Notes: generated by a model not told the origin, from the sequence alone. A stretch of 61,964 nt of DNA from an uncultured Draconibacterium sp. (GCA_964355945.1 CAYHGE010000010.1:1-61964); one strand, 5' to 3'. Counted from the first letter of the stretch, positions 18,439-28,743 are shown. Made by a program: numbers and translations.

Positions 18439-21381
18439 CTATCCGTCATGGTGAACGGCTCGGTCGGTTTTCACAAGTAACTTAAACAGGGAGTGCTCGG
18501 CATTGAGCCTTTCAGCATTGCCATAAACACATATCACATTCTGGGTCAGCACATCTGCAACGAGTGATGCAAACCTCCGGATGTGCTCAGAAGTTGTTGA
18601 CAACACCGCATCACGGTCACCCTGAACCTCCTCAGCGGTTCTCTGAGATAAAAACATGCTTACGGCCTGGTCGCCTTTTTGAGAAGGTGTCAGGGGAGAG
18701 TCCATCTCTGAAATCGTTCCGATGATGTACCTGGTGATGCTTTTTTCATCGGCTGAAAATGCAGCAAGATATTCGGCTGTGTTGTCGAAATTTTCGATGG
18801 TGCCTCCCAGGTTCGGATCGCGATAGGAGTTGAAGGTGAAGTTTCCTCCGGGCGCAATGCTGCTGAAGCCTCCATATGCCCCGCCGATAACCCGGATACG
18901 GGTTTGAAGCCAGTCGGTCGATAAGATTTGGTTGAGAACGCGCATCCGTGCATCCCACTTGTAACCAAGTCTCTTATAATTAAAGCCTTTCACCACATAT
19001 TGTACGTTGGATGCCGCCATGAGCCCTTCATTCTGTTTTTCCAGGTTGAAACTCCAGGGGCTTTCAACCTGTGCTCCCTGGGGTAGTTGGCGGGCAAGAA
19101 AATCCAACCCTTTTGTAAAAACGGCCTGGTCTTTCTTTGCACTGGTAATGGAAACCATCAGGTTGTTCCAGGTAAACAACAGGGAGGCAACTTTCTCCAG
19201 GTTCGATATGATGACGGGTGAATTTGTGTCAAAGTTATGTAAAAGATCGGTAATGAACCAATAATAGGAGAGCCCGCCGGTAAGTTCATTGAACATTCCC
19301 TGGTTGCTGATATAAGAGGAAAATCGACGGCTTGCGATGTGATAACCATTGCCCTTCACCTGTGAATCAACCTGCGATTGATGCCGCGACAGGACGGTTT
19401 TAAGACGTTCGGAATCGTTGTAAACAGTATTGTTCAGGATCTCCGCGGCCAGTTCAAAAAGTTTTCCTGCCTTATAATTCATCACCTTTGAGGTTACAAC
19501 AAACCTGGGCAGGAGGTTGTTGTCGTCGGATTTGACCAGATGGGTGCGAAGGGAGGTGAAAAAGCCTCCTGTATGGATGTTGAGTGTCTTATTGAGGTCG
19601 CCAAAGGAGTAATTTGTTGTATTCATCGAACCGATAATATGCGTCAGCAGGGAGGCATATTGAATCAATTCCTGAGGTATCAGCTGCAAGTCGAAAAAGA
19701 GGTGGACATAAACGACATCGTTGGTGAATTGTTCATGCGTCAGCACAGGGATTCCCGTAATATTCTGAGAAGTTACCTCATAAAATGCCGCCTTTGGGTC
19801 AATATCGGATATTTCGAGCATTGGGATGGATGAAAGGGCCTCCGGTGTGTCTTCCCGCTGCTGGTATGTGATGAGCTCTTCAGTTTCAAGCACCAGCGTA
19901 TTCAGTGCCAGATCATTCAGGGTGGATTTGTAGGCAGCCAGTTCAGCTTCTGTTGATGCGTTTTGCTTTTTCTCAAGTCCGGCAGATGGCTCCAGGGTGA
20001 GCAACAGGGTATGCGGATTGTTCAGAAAGTATTTGAAGATGATTTTTTCAAGATAGTCGGTTGTAAGTGCTTTTTTTACCTCAGTCAGCGGGGCTTCATA
20101 TTCAAGACCCGTGAGCGGATCGTTGGCAAAGAACCAGCCCGGGAGCGTCATGTTCATATAGGTCAATCCCTTGTGTGCATCGTCGCCTTCCCGCAGGCGG
20201 AATTCAATCCGGTTGATCACCCCTTCGATCTCTTCTTTATTAAGACCATCGGTGGCTGCTTTGTGCAGGGTGGCTGTCACAATCTCCAGGAATTTTCCTT
20301 TATCTCCCGGATTGGCATTGAGGGCAGCGATTTGTACGGCGTGTTGTTTGAAATTGGATGCGGAAGCCGATACATCCTGGCCAATACCGGCTTCAAGCAG
20401 TGCTTTGCGAATGGGAGCTGACTCCTGGTTCACCAGCACTTCACACAGGATATCAAGCGCCAGGCTGAGGGCAAGGTCGGTATTGTGCCCGGCAATAAAA
20501 TTATAGGTGAGAAATGTTTGGTTTGCAGTTTCAGATTCCTCCATCACAGGGTAAAAGGAGGTGACCTCCTTCATGCCTTGAAATGGTTGCTGATCCTCAA
20601 TGGTGATAAGGTTTCCGGTCCTGGAATACTTTGAAAGATACTGTGCGTTAATGAACTCCAGCTCCCGTTCAATATCTGCATTGCCATAAAGGAAGAGATA
20701 GCTGTTTTCGGGATGATAGTATTTCCGGTGAAACTCCATGAAGATTTCAGGGGTAAGGGTTGGGATCGCAGCCGGTGTACCTCCTGATTCAAACCCATAA
20801 GCATTGTCTGGAAAGAGGTGTTTAAAAACCTGGTACCAAAGTTCACGCTGGGGATTCGAAAATGAACCCTTCATTTCGTTATAAACCACACCGGTATAGT
20901 TCAGCGGTTCATCCCTGCCGGTTAGTTCATAGTGCCATCCCTCTTGTTTGAGTATCCGTGGATCATCAAAAAGCAACGGATTAAAAACGGCATCCAGATA
21001 AACATGCATGAGGTTGAAATAGTCTTTCTCATTCATACTGGCCACCGGATACATGGTGTAATCCTTGGAAGTATAAGCATTTAAAAACGTACTCAGCGAC
21101 CCTTTCAGCAACACATCGAACGGGCTTTTTACAGGAAAACCCTTTGAACCATTGAGAACGGAATGTTCCATAATATGGGGTGCCCCGTTGTCCGATTCAG
21201 GAAAAGTTTTAAATCCGATGCTGAAAGTTTTGTTTGCATCTTCTGACATGATCTTGAGCAAGCGGGCACCGCTTTGAATATGCTCGAAATGGAGACAGTC
21301 TGCATTGATTTCGCGCACAAAACGCTGTTCAACGAGCCTGAAACCGTGATAAATATTGTCTGATATATAGGTTGTGGACAT
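18439..21381 (-). CDS. Insulinase family M16C metallopeptidase (presequence-protease-like)
   Basis: HIMEHSVL inverted zinc motif, FLNAYT, GVVYNEMKG, IRVIGGAYG, SYRDP. Confidence 0.93.
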   Translation of the reverse strand: MSTTYISDNIYHGFRLVEQRFVREINADCLHFEHIQSGARLLKIMSEDANKTFSIGFKTFPESDNGAPHIMEHSVLNGSKGFPVKSPFDVLLKGSLSTFLNAYTSKDYTMYPVASMNEKDYFNLMHVYLDAVFNPLLFDDPRILKQEGWHYELTGRDEPLNYTGVVYNEMKGSFSNPQRELWYQVFKHLFPDNAYGFESGGTPAAIPTLTPEIFMEFHRKYYHPENSYLFLYGNADIERELEFINAQYLSKYSRTGNLITIEDQQPFQGMKEVTSFYPVMEESETANQTFLTYNFIAGHNTDLALSLALDILCEVLVNQESAPIRKALLEAGIGQDVSASASNFKQHAVQIAALNANPGDKGKFLEIVTATLHKAATDGLNKEEIEGVINRIEFRLREGDDAHKGLTYMNMTLPGWFFANDPLTGLEYEAPLTEVKKALTTDYLEKIIFKYFLNNPHTLLLTLEPSAGLEKKQNASTEAELAAYKSTLNDLALNTLVLETEELITYQQREDTPEALSSIPMLEISDIDPKAAFYEVTSQNITGIPVLTHEQFTNDVVYVHLFFDLQLIPQELIQYASLLTHIIGSMNTTNYSFGDLNKTLNIHTGGFFTSLRTHLVKSDDNNLLPRFVVTSKVMNYKAGKLFELAAEILNNTVYNDSERLKTVLSRHQSQVDSQVKGNGYHIASRRFSSYISNQGMFNELTGGLSYYWFITDLLHNFDTNSPVIISNLEKVASLLFTWNNLMVSITSAKKDQAVFTKGLDFLARQLPQGAQVESPWSFNLEKQNEGLMAASNVQYVVKGFNYKRLGYKWDARMRVLNQILSTDWLQTRIRVIGGAYGGFSSIAPGGNFTFNSYRDPNLGGTIENFDNTAEYLAAFSADEKSITRYIIGTISEMDSPLTPSQKGDQAVSMFLSQRTAEEVQGDRDAVLSTTSEHIRRFASLVADVLTQNVICVYGNAERLNAEHSLFKLLVKTDRAVHHDG

Positions 21382-21513
21382 ATACAGGATTCAATTTGGT
21401 GGCAAAGATAACGCAACATTGGTTAAACAATTTTAACTGTGGGTAAGCTTTTTTTGCAGGGGGAGCTATATTGGGAAGATTTATATATATTTACAGTTCT
21501 TAGATTCAAATTT

Positions 21514-22359
21514 ATGAAAGCACTTCTCTCCTTGTTATTGCTGTTACCGTTTGTTGCAATCTCGCAGCCCGTTATGCCCCTTATTCCGGAAAATTTCCCG
21601 GATGCCATGGTCGGAGTATCTGCCACGTATGACATCGCCGCATTGCCTCAATATAATGATGAAGCGGCAGTTTTTATAGAATTTGGTTTCATGTCCCTCA
21701 TGGTTCAGGAAATTGCCTGGGCTACGGCAAAAATAAAAGTGGAAGTATATGAAATGGGGTCCCCTGATGCGGCATTCGGTATTTATTCGGTTTCGGCAAT
21801 GAAATGTTTGCAGCGGGATACGCTCACCTCGTATGATTGCCTCGGACCGTATCAGTACCAGGCAGCTTACGGGAATTTGTACATTTCCATCACCAGTGAA
21901 ACAGGTTCGGCTGCTGTCCGTGCCCTTTTTCTCCCCGTTGCCAATGCAATCATGCAGAAAAATTCCCGTCCTTTTTTCAAACTGCCGGATCCATTTAACC
22001 AGCCGCTGCTAAAAAATGCCAGGAAAACCCTTGTATTTATTCATGGTCCGGTAGGGCTTCAGAACTGCCTTTTTCCATGGCAGGATCTGTTTCTGACCGT
22101 GCGTTTCGGCATGTATGCCATCTCCCTGATGAATCCGCGGTCAGAGATGTATTTTGCGCGCATCTGGTTTGAAACACCTTCAGACCAGTTAAGGTTTCTT
22201 ACGTTGGCAGGGCTTACACAATCAGGAGTTCCGGTGCCCAATACCAATACCAATGATGGCCTTTACCGCGAATACCAGCAGGTGGATGATCAGACAATCT
22301 ATTTCCTGCAGAGCCAGGAACCCTGGCCGATAAGCGCAATTTTAAATCCGAGGAATTAA
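21514..22359 (+). CDS. Hypothetical exported protein (DUF6599-like)
   Basis: Signal peptide from MKALLS; VEVYEM.SPDAAFGIYS motif. Confidence 0.65.
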   Translation: MKALLSLLLLLPFVAISQPVMPLIPENFPDAMVGVSATYDIAALPQYNDEAAVFIEFGFMSLMVQEIAWATAKIKVEVYEMGSPDAAFGIYSVSAMKCLQRDTLTSYDCLGPYQYQAAYGNLYISITSETGSAAVRALFLPVANAIMQKNSRPFFKLPDPFNQPLLKNARKTLVFIHGPVGLQNCLFPWQDLFLTVRFGMYAISLMNPRSEMYFARIWFETPSDQLRFLTLAGLTQSGVPVPNTNTNDGLYREYQQVDDQTIYFLQSQEPWPISAILNPRN

Positions 22360-22415
22360 TTTCCGGAAACCGCGTCACCTTTTACCTGTTTTCCTGATTA
22401 AGCCATAAAATTCTC

Positions 22416-22910
22416 ATGGCATTATATCGGAAAAGGTACCGGATTGAATCAGCACGTTGGTCCGGTTGGGATTATTCTTCTGAAGGAACCTATTTTATTA
22501 CCATTTGCACGAAACCCCGGCTTGATGTTTTTGGACAGATCGTCAATAAAGCGATGGTATTGTCAAATCAGGGAATTGCCTTGGAGGAATGTTGGTGTTC
22601 AATTCCATTGCACTACAAAAACGCGGGATTAGGCGTTTTTGCCATCATGCCGGATCATTTTCATGGGATTATAATAATCGGCGGGACAACACAACCAATG
22701 GCCGGAAACCGACAAAACCGGCCATCATTGGGAAATATTATCGGATCATTCAAATCGGCGGCATCCAATAAAATTCATTCATCCGGATTTCCGGATTTTG
22801 GTTGGCAGGAACGATACAATGACAGGGTGATACGGGATGAACCGGAATTGAAACGAATTGAAAAATATATTCGGGATAATCCGAAAAATTGGAAACCACG
22901 GATATCGTAG
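22416..22910 (+). mobile_element. REP-associated tyrosine transposase (RAYT, Y1 HUH family)
   Basis: SARWSGWDYSSEGTYFITICT, MPDHFHG (HUH), WQERYNDRVIR, YIRDNPKNW; stop codon lies in a REP palindrome. Confidence 0.88.
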
Positions 22911-22934
22911 AGACGGGGCATGCCCCGTCTCTAC
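22907..22934. repeat. GTAG-type REP palindrome
   Basis: Perfect 28-bp palindrome GTAGAGACGGGGCATGCCCCGTCTCTAC. Confidence 0.9.
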
Positions 22935-22998
22935 GACAACGGAACAACAACCAATTTGCAGGACCATAAATGGAAACCCACGTTAAACCCCGGTCATA

Positions 22999-23682
22999 TT
23001 ATTTTATCAGCGACAACCCCTCCAGGGCCGACGTATCCTTTGGTTTGTTTAGCAGCACCTTGTTGAACATCACCTGGGCTTCACGTAATTTTCCAAGTTT
23101 GAAATTTGTCCAGGCAAACAGAATCATGGTGTCATAATCAAACGGATAGAGATTGATTACTTTCTCCAGATACTTTTCAGCCTTTGCATAGTCTTTCCGT
23201 CCATAATAGATGGAGCCCATGCGGTAATTAACGGTAGTGTTCTGAGGATCGATGGCCAGGATGTCATTGTACTGGGCAACTATGTGATCCCAGTTGCCAA
23301 GAGCGGAGGCAGGACTTGCAAATCCTAACTTTGCCTCAATTGAATATGGTTTTAATTTGATGGCTTTCTGATAATAGGCAGTCGATTCGGTGAAAAGCCC
23401 TCCAAGGTAGGTCAACCATCCAAGCCGGAGATTGGTCTCGTATGAATCTTCTGCATAAACTTTTTTTACTGTGGATATGGCATCGGCAAAATTTCCTCTT
23501 CCTTCATATTCCTGGCTTTTTGCAAAGGCTTCCTGCAGTGTGGCGTAATTAGTCTGGCTGAAAACGCTTAATGAAGCGAAAAAAAGTAGCGAAACTGCGA
23601 TGATGCGATATCGCGAAGCGACAAAATATTTTGCATTTTGCATTTTGCATTCTGCATTTTGCATTTTGTTTAAAATTTCCAT
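22999..23682 (-). CDS. Exported tetratricopeptide repeat protein
   Basis: Signal peptide (..VFS-Q), multiple TPR units; start overlaps the upstream gene. Confidence 0.88.
   Translation of the reverse strand: MEILNKMQNAECKMQNAKYFVASRYRIIAVSLLFFASLSVFSQTNYATLQEAFAKSQEYEGRGNFADAISTVKKVYAEDSYETNLRLGWLTYLGGLFTESTAYYQKAIKLKPYSIEAKLGFASPASALGNWDHIVAQYNDILAIDPQNTTVNYRMGSIYYGRKDYAKAEKYLEKVINLYPFDYDTMILFAWTNFKLGKLREAQVMFNKVLLNKPKDTSALEGLSLIK
23628..23669. repeat. Heptamer tandem repeat (ATTTTGC)x6 inside the TPR gene 5' end
   Basis: attttgc attttgc attttgc attctgc attttgc attttgt; encodes KMQNAECKMQNAKY. Confidence 0.9.
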
Positions 23683-25181
23683 GTGATTCCTCCGATTAGG
23701 GTATTTGTGTTATAGGGATTGTTTTTTGTTTTCTGGACTTCCTTGATTTGTTGTGTATCAGGATCCTCCTGTTTAATATAATATATCTGCTGGCTCTCTT
23801 TGCTGAAATACTGGTAAATGAGTGAAAGCTGAACGTGCTTTCCCACCAGGAACATCAGCGTTGCGCCTCCCCGGTAATTAATAATGTCGCTGTTGTTATA
23901 AACAACAGAACCATTGGAAATATTGGCGTTGGTGTAATCGCCATAATAGAAATTCGCTTCACCCCACATCCAGGGCGTGATTTTAGCGCCTAAAACCTGG
24001 CTGAACAACAGCCGCTTGTCTCTGCCTTGCATGAATCCGGTCACAGTCGTGGTGCCATAAAGGTTGAGGTTGCCTAAGGGATAATAGGAGAGGGAGGCAC
24101 CTAGTTGCTTTTGTTTATATCCATTCAGGTTCGACCAGCTTCCCGACAATCCGACATTTAAAAGGCCAAAGTCTTTTGTGATTGCCAGTGCTGCCACATA
24201 GTTGTTGAAGGAGGTGTCTTTTTGGGAGAATGAATAGTTTAATTGAGGGTACGACCAATTATAAGTGATGTTTGTGGAATTAGAATGAAACAAGGGGGCA
24301 TCAGCGGTTTCAGTCCGGTAAGATGAATTGGTCATGGTATAAGCTACATGCATGAAGTGAAATGCGGGCATGATTCTGAACCCTGATCCGGGGGCATATG
24401 AGGCCCCGATATGAAGTTCGTGCTGACTCACATGGTACCTGAAACTTGTATCATAAACAGCCCATTGATAACCATAGTTATACCATTGTCCGGAATCTTT
24501 TGGTGTTACATTGTACAATACAGTGTCTTGCAGCCCGGTAAACTTTTGCTCCCCCCTTCCATACTGAATGTACTTCGTTTTGGTAAAGTTGAGATAATTA
24601 TACGCAAATGAGAGGCCAATCCGGTTCGAAACCCTCATCTTCAGGCTGAGATTGCTGTAAAAACTATTGCCATAAAGATCCTGCTCCCCGTAAATACTGT
24701 CTTTCCCCATCAAAGTAGAGAGATTCGCCGGGTTTGCATTGCTGCTCAATGTATAACCGCTTTCCACATGAACATCCTGTACAACTTTGTCTATGGATTC
24801 CCTCGCTTCATTGGTCATAAAAGGCTCCAACTTGAAGGCCTGATCAGCCTGGTTGGAAAAAGTATATGCGTAATACAAATAATCGGCAATGATCGGATCC
24901 TGGGAATTAAATTCTCTTGCCTTCTTCAGATGGATGGATGCCTGGTAATATTTGGATTTGTTATAATAGGAAATCCCCATTCTTGTGCGCAGATAGTAGT
25001 AATCGATGTCCAGCTGCAAGGCCTGTTTCCCCACCAGGATCACACTGTCCCATTTTTTCTCCTCATAACAGCGGTAAGTCAGACGATCGACAGTTGCGAA
25101 ATCGAGTTTGACTGCTGCCATAGAAGAACCGCTGGTTAGCGAGAAAATGATGAATGCGAAGAACAGGATGTTAAATTTCAT
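23670..25181 (-). CDS. TPR + outer-membrane beta-barrel protein
   Basis: Signal peptide, N-terminal TPR helices, Tyr/Gly/Asn-rich strands, C-terminal GGITWKF. Confidence 0.72.
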   Translation of the reverse strand: MKFNILFFAFIIFSLTSGSSMAAVKLDFATVDRLTYRCYEEKKWDSVILVGKQALQLDIDYYYLRTRMGISYYNKSKYYQASIHLKKAREFNSQDPIIADYLYYAYTFSNQADQAFKLEPFMTNEARESIDKVVQDVHVESGYTLSSNANPANLSTLMGKDSIYGEQDLYGNSFYSNLSLKMRVSNRIGLSFAYNYLNFTKTKYIQYGRGEQKFTGLQDTVLYNVTPKDSGQWYNYGYQWAVYDTSFRYHVSQHELHIGASYAPGSGFRIMPAFHFMHVAYTMTNSSYRTETADAPLFHSNSTNITYNWSYPQLNYSFSQKDTSFNNYVAALAITKDFGLLNVGLSGSWSNLNGYKQKQLGASLSYYPLGNLNLYGTTTVTGFMQGRDKRLLFSQVLGAKITPWMWGEANFYYGDYTNANISNGSVVYNNSDIINYRGGATLMFLVGKHVQLSLIYQYFSKESQQIYYIKQEDPDTQQIKEVQKTKNNPYNTNTLIGGITWKF

Positions 25182-27388
25182 CGGCCGCTTACCAGTTTTA
25201 CTTCGGTTGTATTTTCGTTTTCATGAATAGTAAAACGCTCCAGACCATGAATACCGACAAACATTTCACACTCCATTTTCTTTATCTCCATATTGCCAAC
25301 CCTGGCCGATACTTCTGACCTTAAACGAATATTGGTTTGCATTATTGCATCTTCCATGCCAAGGTAGCTCAGGAGATATTCTGAACGGGTAAACAACATG
25401 AAAGGCGCTGCAAAGTCCTGAAAAACTCCCGCAATCCTGTTGTTGAAAGTATTCACAGGATATTGGTCTTTTACAAGAAGGTTCCGGTAGTAACCCAGCA
25501 TCACCTTGTAGGCTCCCAGGAAAAACTTGAAGAGAATCGACGACCTGTCTCCCTCAAAATGGGTAAAATAATGAATGTCGCCGTCGTTCCTGAACCATGC
25601 CCGTGAATGTGTTTTTTCACAATAGATATAAGTCTGGTTTATTGCATCAACCTGCACTTCCCAGCCAACAAGATACTCTTTACCGTTTTCGGGGGTTACC
25701 ATGAGCTTGAACTCCTGTCCCGGGATGAAATGAAATGCCTTTTCAAGGGATGCATTTTTACTGATATTTGAAACCATCACATTGTTCTCAGGGGTGGCAT
25801 ACGATTTCAACTCAAATGCCCCGCTTTTATGGCGGATGTAATGACTGATTGGATAGTCCAGCGTACGTGAACCTATATAGGGTGTGCTCTGGATCTGAAA
25901 GTGGATATGAGGCACCGGTGAACGTCCTGAGTTTCCACAGGCTGCCACAACCTGCCCCTTTTTAACGGAATCGCCGGCGGTAACTTTAAAACTTCCCTTT
26001 TTCAAATGAGACAATTTTGAGTACAGCTGATCGGTATGCCTCAGAATCAGGGTGTTCCCCCAGTTGTGTTCCAGGTCAACATTGCCAATGTCATTTTCTT
26101 CAACATCATCAACGATCTCCTCCACTGTGCCATCCGCCGGTGCGATCACCGGTTTGTTATAGGCGAAATACTCTTCCCGGCTGCTGCCATCCCGGGTGTA
26201 ACTTAGGCCGTCATCGTCCATCACCTCAAAATCCCAGGCATGACGCCAGTCGCCCTGGTGGGTGAATTTACCGTTGTGGCTTTGAGTCACCTTCCATTCA
26301 CCCCAGAAAGGCAGAATAAACGGGTAATAGAGTGACTTGCCAAAACGCGACTTGTAATTGACATGTGAATACAGGTTTTTCTCCGGTGAAAATTGTTGAT
26401 AAACCACCAGTTCAGGTTTGTCAAAAAACCGTTCCCTGAACTTAAGCGCGTAGAGGAATATCAGCACCACCAGGTTGAACGGGAGGGAATAAACCGATAG
26501 CTGGAAGATTGTAAAAATAGCCTGGGTACTGGTAAGTAGTATGGAAATCAATGGTGTGAGCAAAATAACCCATAAGAATGACCATCGAGAGGGGATGATG
26601 AAAAATCCGCCAACTGCAATTGCCGTAAGGATGAAGTTGAATCCGATGAAACCATAGCTCAGCTCACGAATGTCTGCTCCAATGAAATGGTAGTAGGCAT
26701 AAGCGGAAAAAAAACCCACCAGCGACAGGATAAATGCAATGCGGGAATAGATCAGCAGCCCTATTGAAATAAGGACCCCTGCAAAAAGGTGGTATTGGAA
26801 GAAGATCGCCCCCAGGGAAGTAAAATAAAGCCGCAGTGATTCAGGAAGGCCGAGGTCAGCCAGCCAGTTGTAGGAGACCACCATCCGCTGTCCGCCAAGC
26901 ATGAACATCTCGTTGGCCATGTAGATTCCCCGTTCGCTCACATGCAGCGTTGTAAATTGGCGTGTGGCAAGACTTACCAGCCATGTGCCCAGTAAAAAGG
27001 AGAGGCTTAAAAAGGGTAAACCATACTTGCCAACCACCCCTTCCAGGAACAGCGTAAGAAAAAGGGTAAGCATGGAGGCAAACACAAGAACAATGAAAAA
27101 TTCGCCTCCGGGCTGGTAATAAACCCCTAATCCCAGGCCAACAAGCAAACTGTTGAACCCGTAATACCCTTTTTTTATGTTGATCCGGTTGAACCCGATC
27201 AGGTATGCCAGGATATTCGTAACCATTACTGCCACCACGCCACTTATCCCGGCCCAAAAGTCGAAAAACGAAACAGCAATCAGAATCAGCGAAAATATCC
27301 TGCTGTTGGAAAAAAATATCTGAGTGTAGCTGTTCAGAATACTCGACAGAAAGGAGGGGAAAGTGGATGTCAGGCTTTTATAGTTCAT
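25178..27388 (-). CDS. Urea-transporter-family membrane domain fused to M23 peptidase and a C-terminal domain
   Basis: Duplicated UT signatures (QIFF...GYYGFN...GLPF; AIFF...GFIGFN...SLPFN); M23 motifs TH.G...AWD, PVIAPADG, WGN, HLKKGS, GNSGRSPVPHIH. Confidence 0.85.
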   Translation of the reverse strand: MNYKSLTSTFPSFLSSILNSYTQIFFSNSRIFSLILIAVSFFDFWAGISGVVAVMVTNILAYLIGFNRINIKKGYYGFNSLLVGLGLGVYYQPGGEFFIVLVFASMLTLFLTLFLEGVVGKYGLPFLSLSFLLGTWLVSLATRQFTTLHVSERGIYMANEMFMLGGQRMVVSYNWLADLGLPESLRLYFTSLGAIFFQYHLFAGVLISIGLLIYSRIAFILSLVGFFSAYAYYHFIGADIRELSYGFIGFNFILTAIAVGGFFIIPSRWSFLWVILLTPLISILLTSTQAIFTIFQLSVYSLPFNLVVLIFLYALKFRERFFDKPELVVYQQFSPEKNLYSHVNYKSRFGKSLYYPFILPFWGEWKVTQSHNGKFTHQGDWRHAWDFEVMDDDGLSYTRDGSSREEYFAYNKPVIAPADGTVEEIVDDVEENDIGNVDLEHNWGNTLILRHTDQLYSKLSHLKKGSFKVTAGDSVKKGQVVAACGNSGRSPVPHIHFQIQSTPYIGSRTLDYPISHYIRHKSGAFELKSYATPENNVMVSNISKNASLEKAFHFIPGQEFKLMVTPENGKEYLVGWEVQVDAINQTYIYCEKTHSRAWFRNDGDIHYFTHFEGDRSSILFKFFLGAYKVMLGYYRNLLVKDQYPVNTFNNRIAGVFQDFAAPFMLFTRSEYLLSYLGMEDAIMQTNIRLRSEVSARVGNMEIKKMECEMFVGIHGLERFTIHENENTTEVKLVSGR

Positions 27389-28743
27389 TTATCAAACTTT
27401 GCAAGGTGTGGTGGCACCTTCTCCATTCCATTCATGTTTTCAAGTGACTCCTTGCTGCGGATGAGATGCGGTTTTTCATCGAGATCGATGAGTACCACAT
27501 TGGGCCTTAAGGTAATAAACTGCATCCACTGCGTCATATTGTATGCGCCCACGTTGTGGATCACCACATGTTCACCTTTGTTGAGCAGGGGAAGATTGGT
27601 GCTTTCACGCACAACATCAATGTTCATGCAGAGCGGGCCATACAGGCAGGTATCTTCTGTATATTGCGTGAATGACTGAGCCGGCGTGATTTTGTGATCG
27701 TACCAGAATGCAGTGAAAAGGATATTCACCCCGACATCGAGAATGGTATTGCGGCGGCCGGTACTCGAACGCTTGTTGGAAACCACGGATCCTAAAAGAT
27801 AGCCGGCTTCATCAACAAGGGCACGCCCTGTTTCCAGGATCAGCAAAGGCAACTTGTCTTTTTTGAAATTACTGTTGATCAAAGCCGTGGATATGGCTTC
27901 GGCGAAATCGTCAAAAGATGGATTGGTGTCGCTTCCTGGCAGATAGGCCCCTTTAAGTGTGTTTTTTGAAGCAAAACCGCCTCCCAGGTCGATATACTTG
28001 ATCTCATGGCTGAACTTTGCTTCTACAGCCAAAGCCAGTTCGGCAAGTTTTGCTGCTGCAATGCCATACGCAAAAGGCGAAAGCATGAACGTTCCGATAT
28101 GGGAATGAAGTCCGACGAGTTCCATTTTTCCGGATTGCATGATCTTGTTGAGTGCGTCCCAGGCCTGGCCGTTTTCATAGTTGAATCCGAAGCGGTCCCA
28201 CATAGGATATACACCTGTATCCATGTTTACCCTGATGGCTACTCTCGGACGCTTGTTCAGCTTTCCCGAAAGTTCAGTGATGGAGTAGAGCTCGTCAAGG
28301 TGATCGATATGAATCAGCGAATCGTTGTTGATCGCTTTTGTAAGGTCTTCCTCGCTCTTGTCTGGACCATTGAAGATGATTTTCCTGCCATCCACCCCAA
28401 GGCTGATTGCCTTGTCATACTCAAAGCCCGACACTACCTCAGCCCAGGATCCCTCCTGGTGAAAGATGCTGCAAACGGCATTGAGATAGTTTGTCTTATA
28501 CGACCAGGCAAATTGCACCTTTGGATAACGTGTTTCAAATGCTTTCCTGGCTTTTTTGATGGTGGTTCGAATAGTCCGCTCGGAAATGACGAACAGGGGT
28601 GAGCCATACTCCTTTATTAAACTGTTAACTGCAACCCCGTCAATATGGGTCATGGGTTGGTACTCTGTTCTTGTTCCGAATTTATTGGGCATGCCGGTTT
28701 CAAGCTTCATAATAACCGGTCGTTCATATCTTAACTTGCTCAT
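27385..28743 (-). CDS. Fold-III PLP-dependent decarboxylase (diaminopimelate decarboxylase-like, substrate uncertain)
   Basis: WSYKTN (PLP Lys), HSHIG, DLGGG, ETGR, GPLCMNID, GAY. Confidence 0.88.
   Translation of the reverse strand: MSKLRYERPVIMKLETGMPNKFGTRTEYQPMTHIDGVAVNSLIKEYGSPLFVISERTIRTTIKKARKAFETRYPKVQFAWSYKTNYLNAVCSIFHQEGSWAEVVSGFEYDKAISLGVDGRKIIFNGPDKSEEDLTKAINNDSLIHIDHLDELYSITELSGKLNKRPRVAIRVNMDTGVYPMWDRFGFNYENGQAWDALNKIMQSGKMELVGLHSHIGTFMLSPFAYGIAAAKLAELALAVEAKFSHEIKYIDLGGGFASKNTLKGAYLPGSDTNPSFDDFAEAISTALINSNFKKDKLPLLILETGRALVDEAGYLLGSVVSNKRSSTGRRNTILDVGVNILFTAFWYDHKITPAQSFTQYTEDTCLYGPLCMNIDVVRESTNLPLLNKGEHVVIHNVGAYNMTQWMQFITLRPNVVLIDLDEKPHLIRSKESLENMNGMEKVPPHLAKFDK

Noticed and set aside
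27385-28743. Assigning the symbol lysA
   Set aside because: The CMNID motif and operon context make the substrate uncertain
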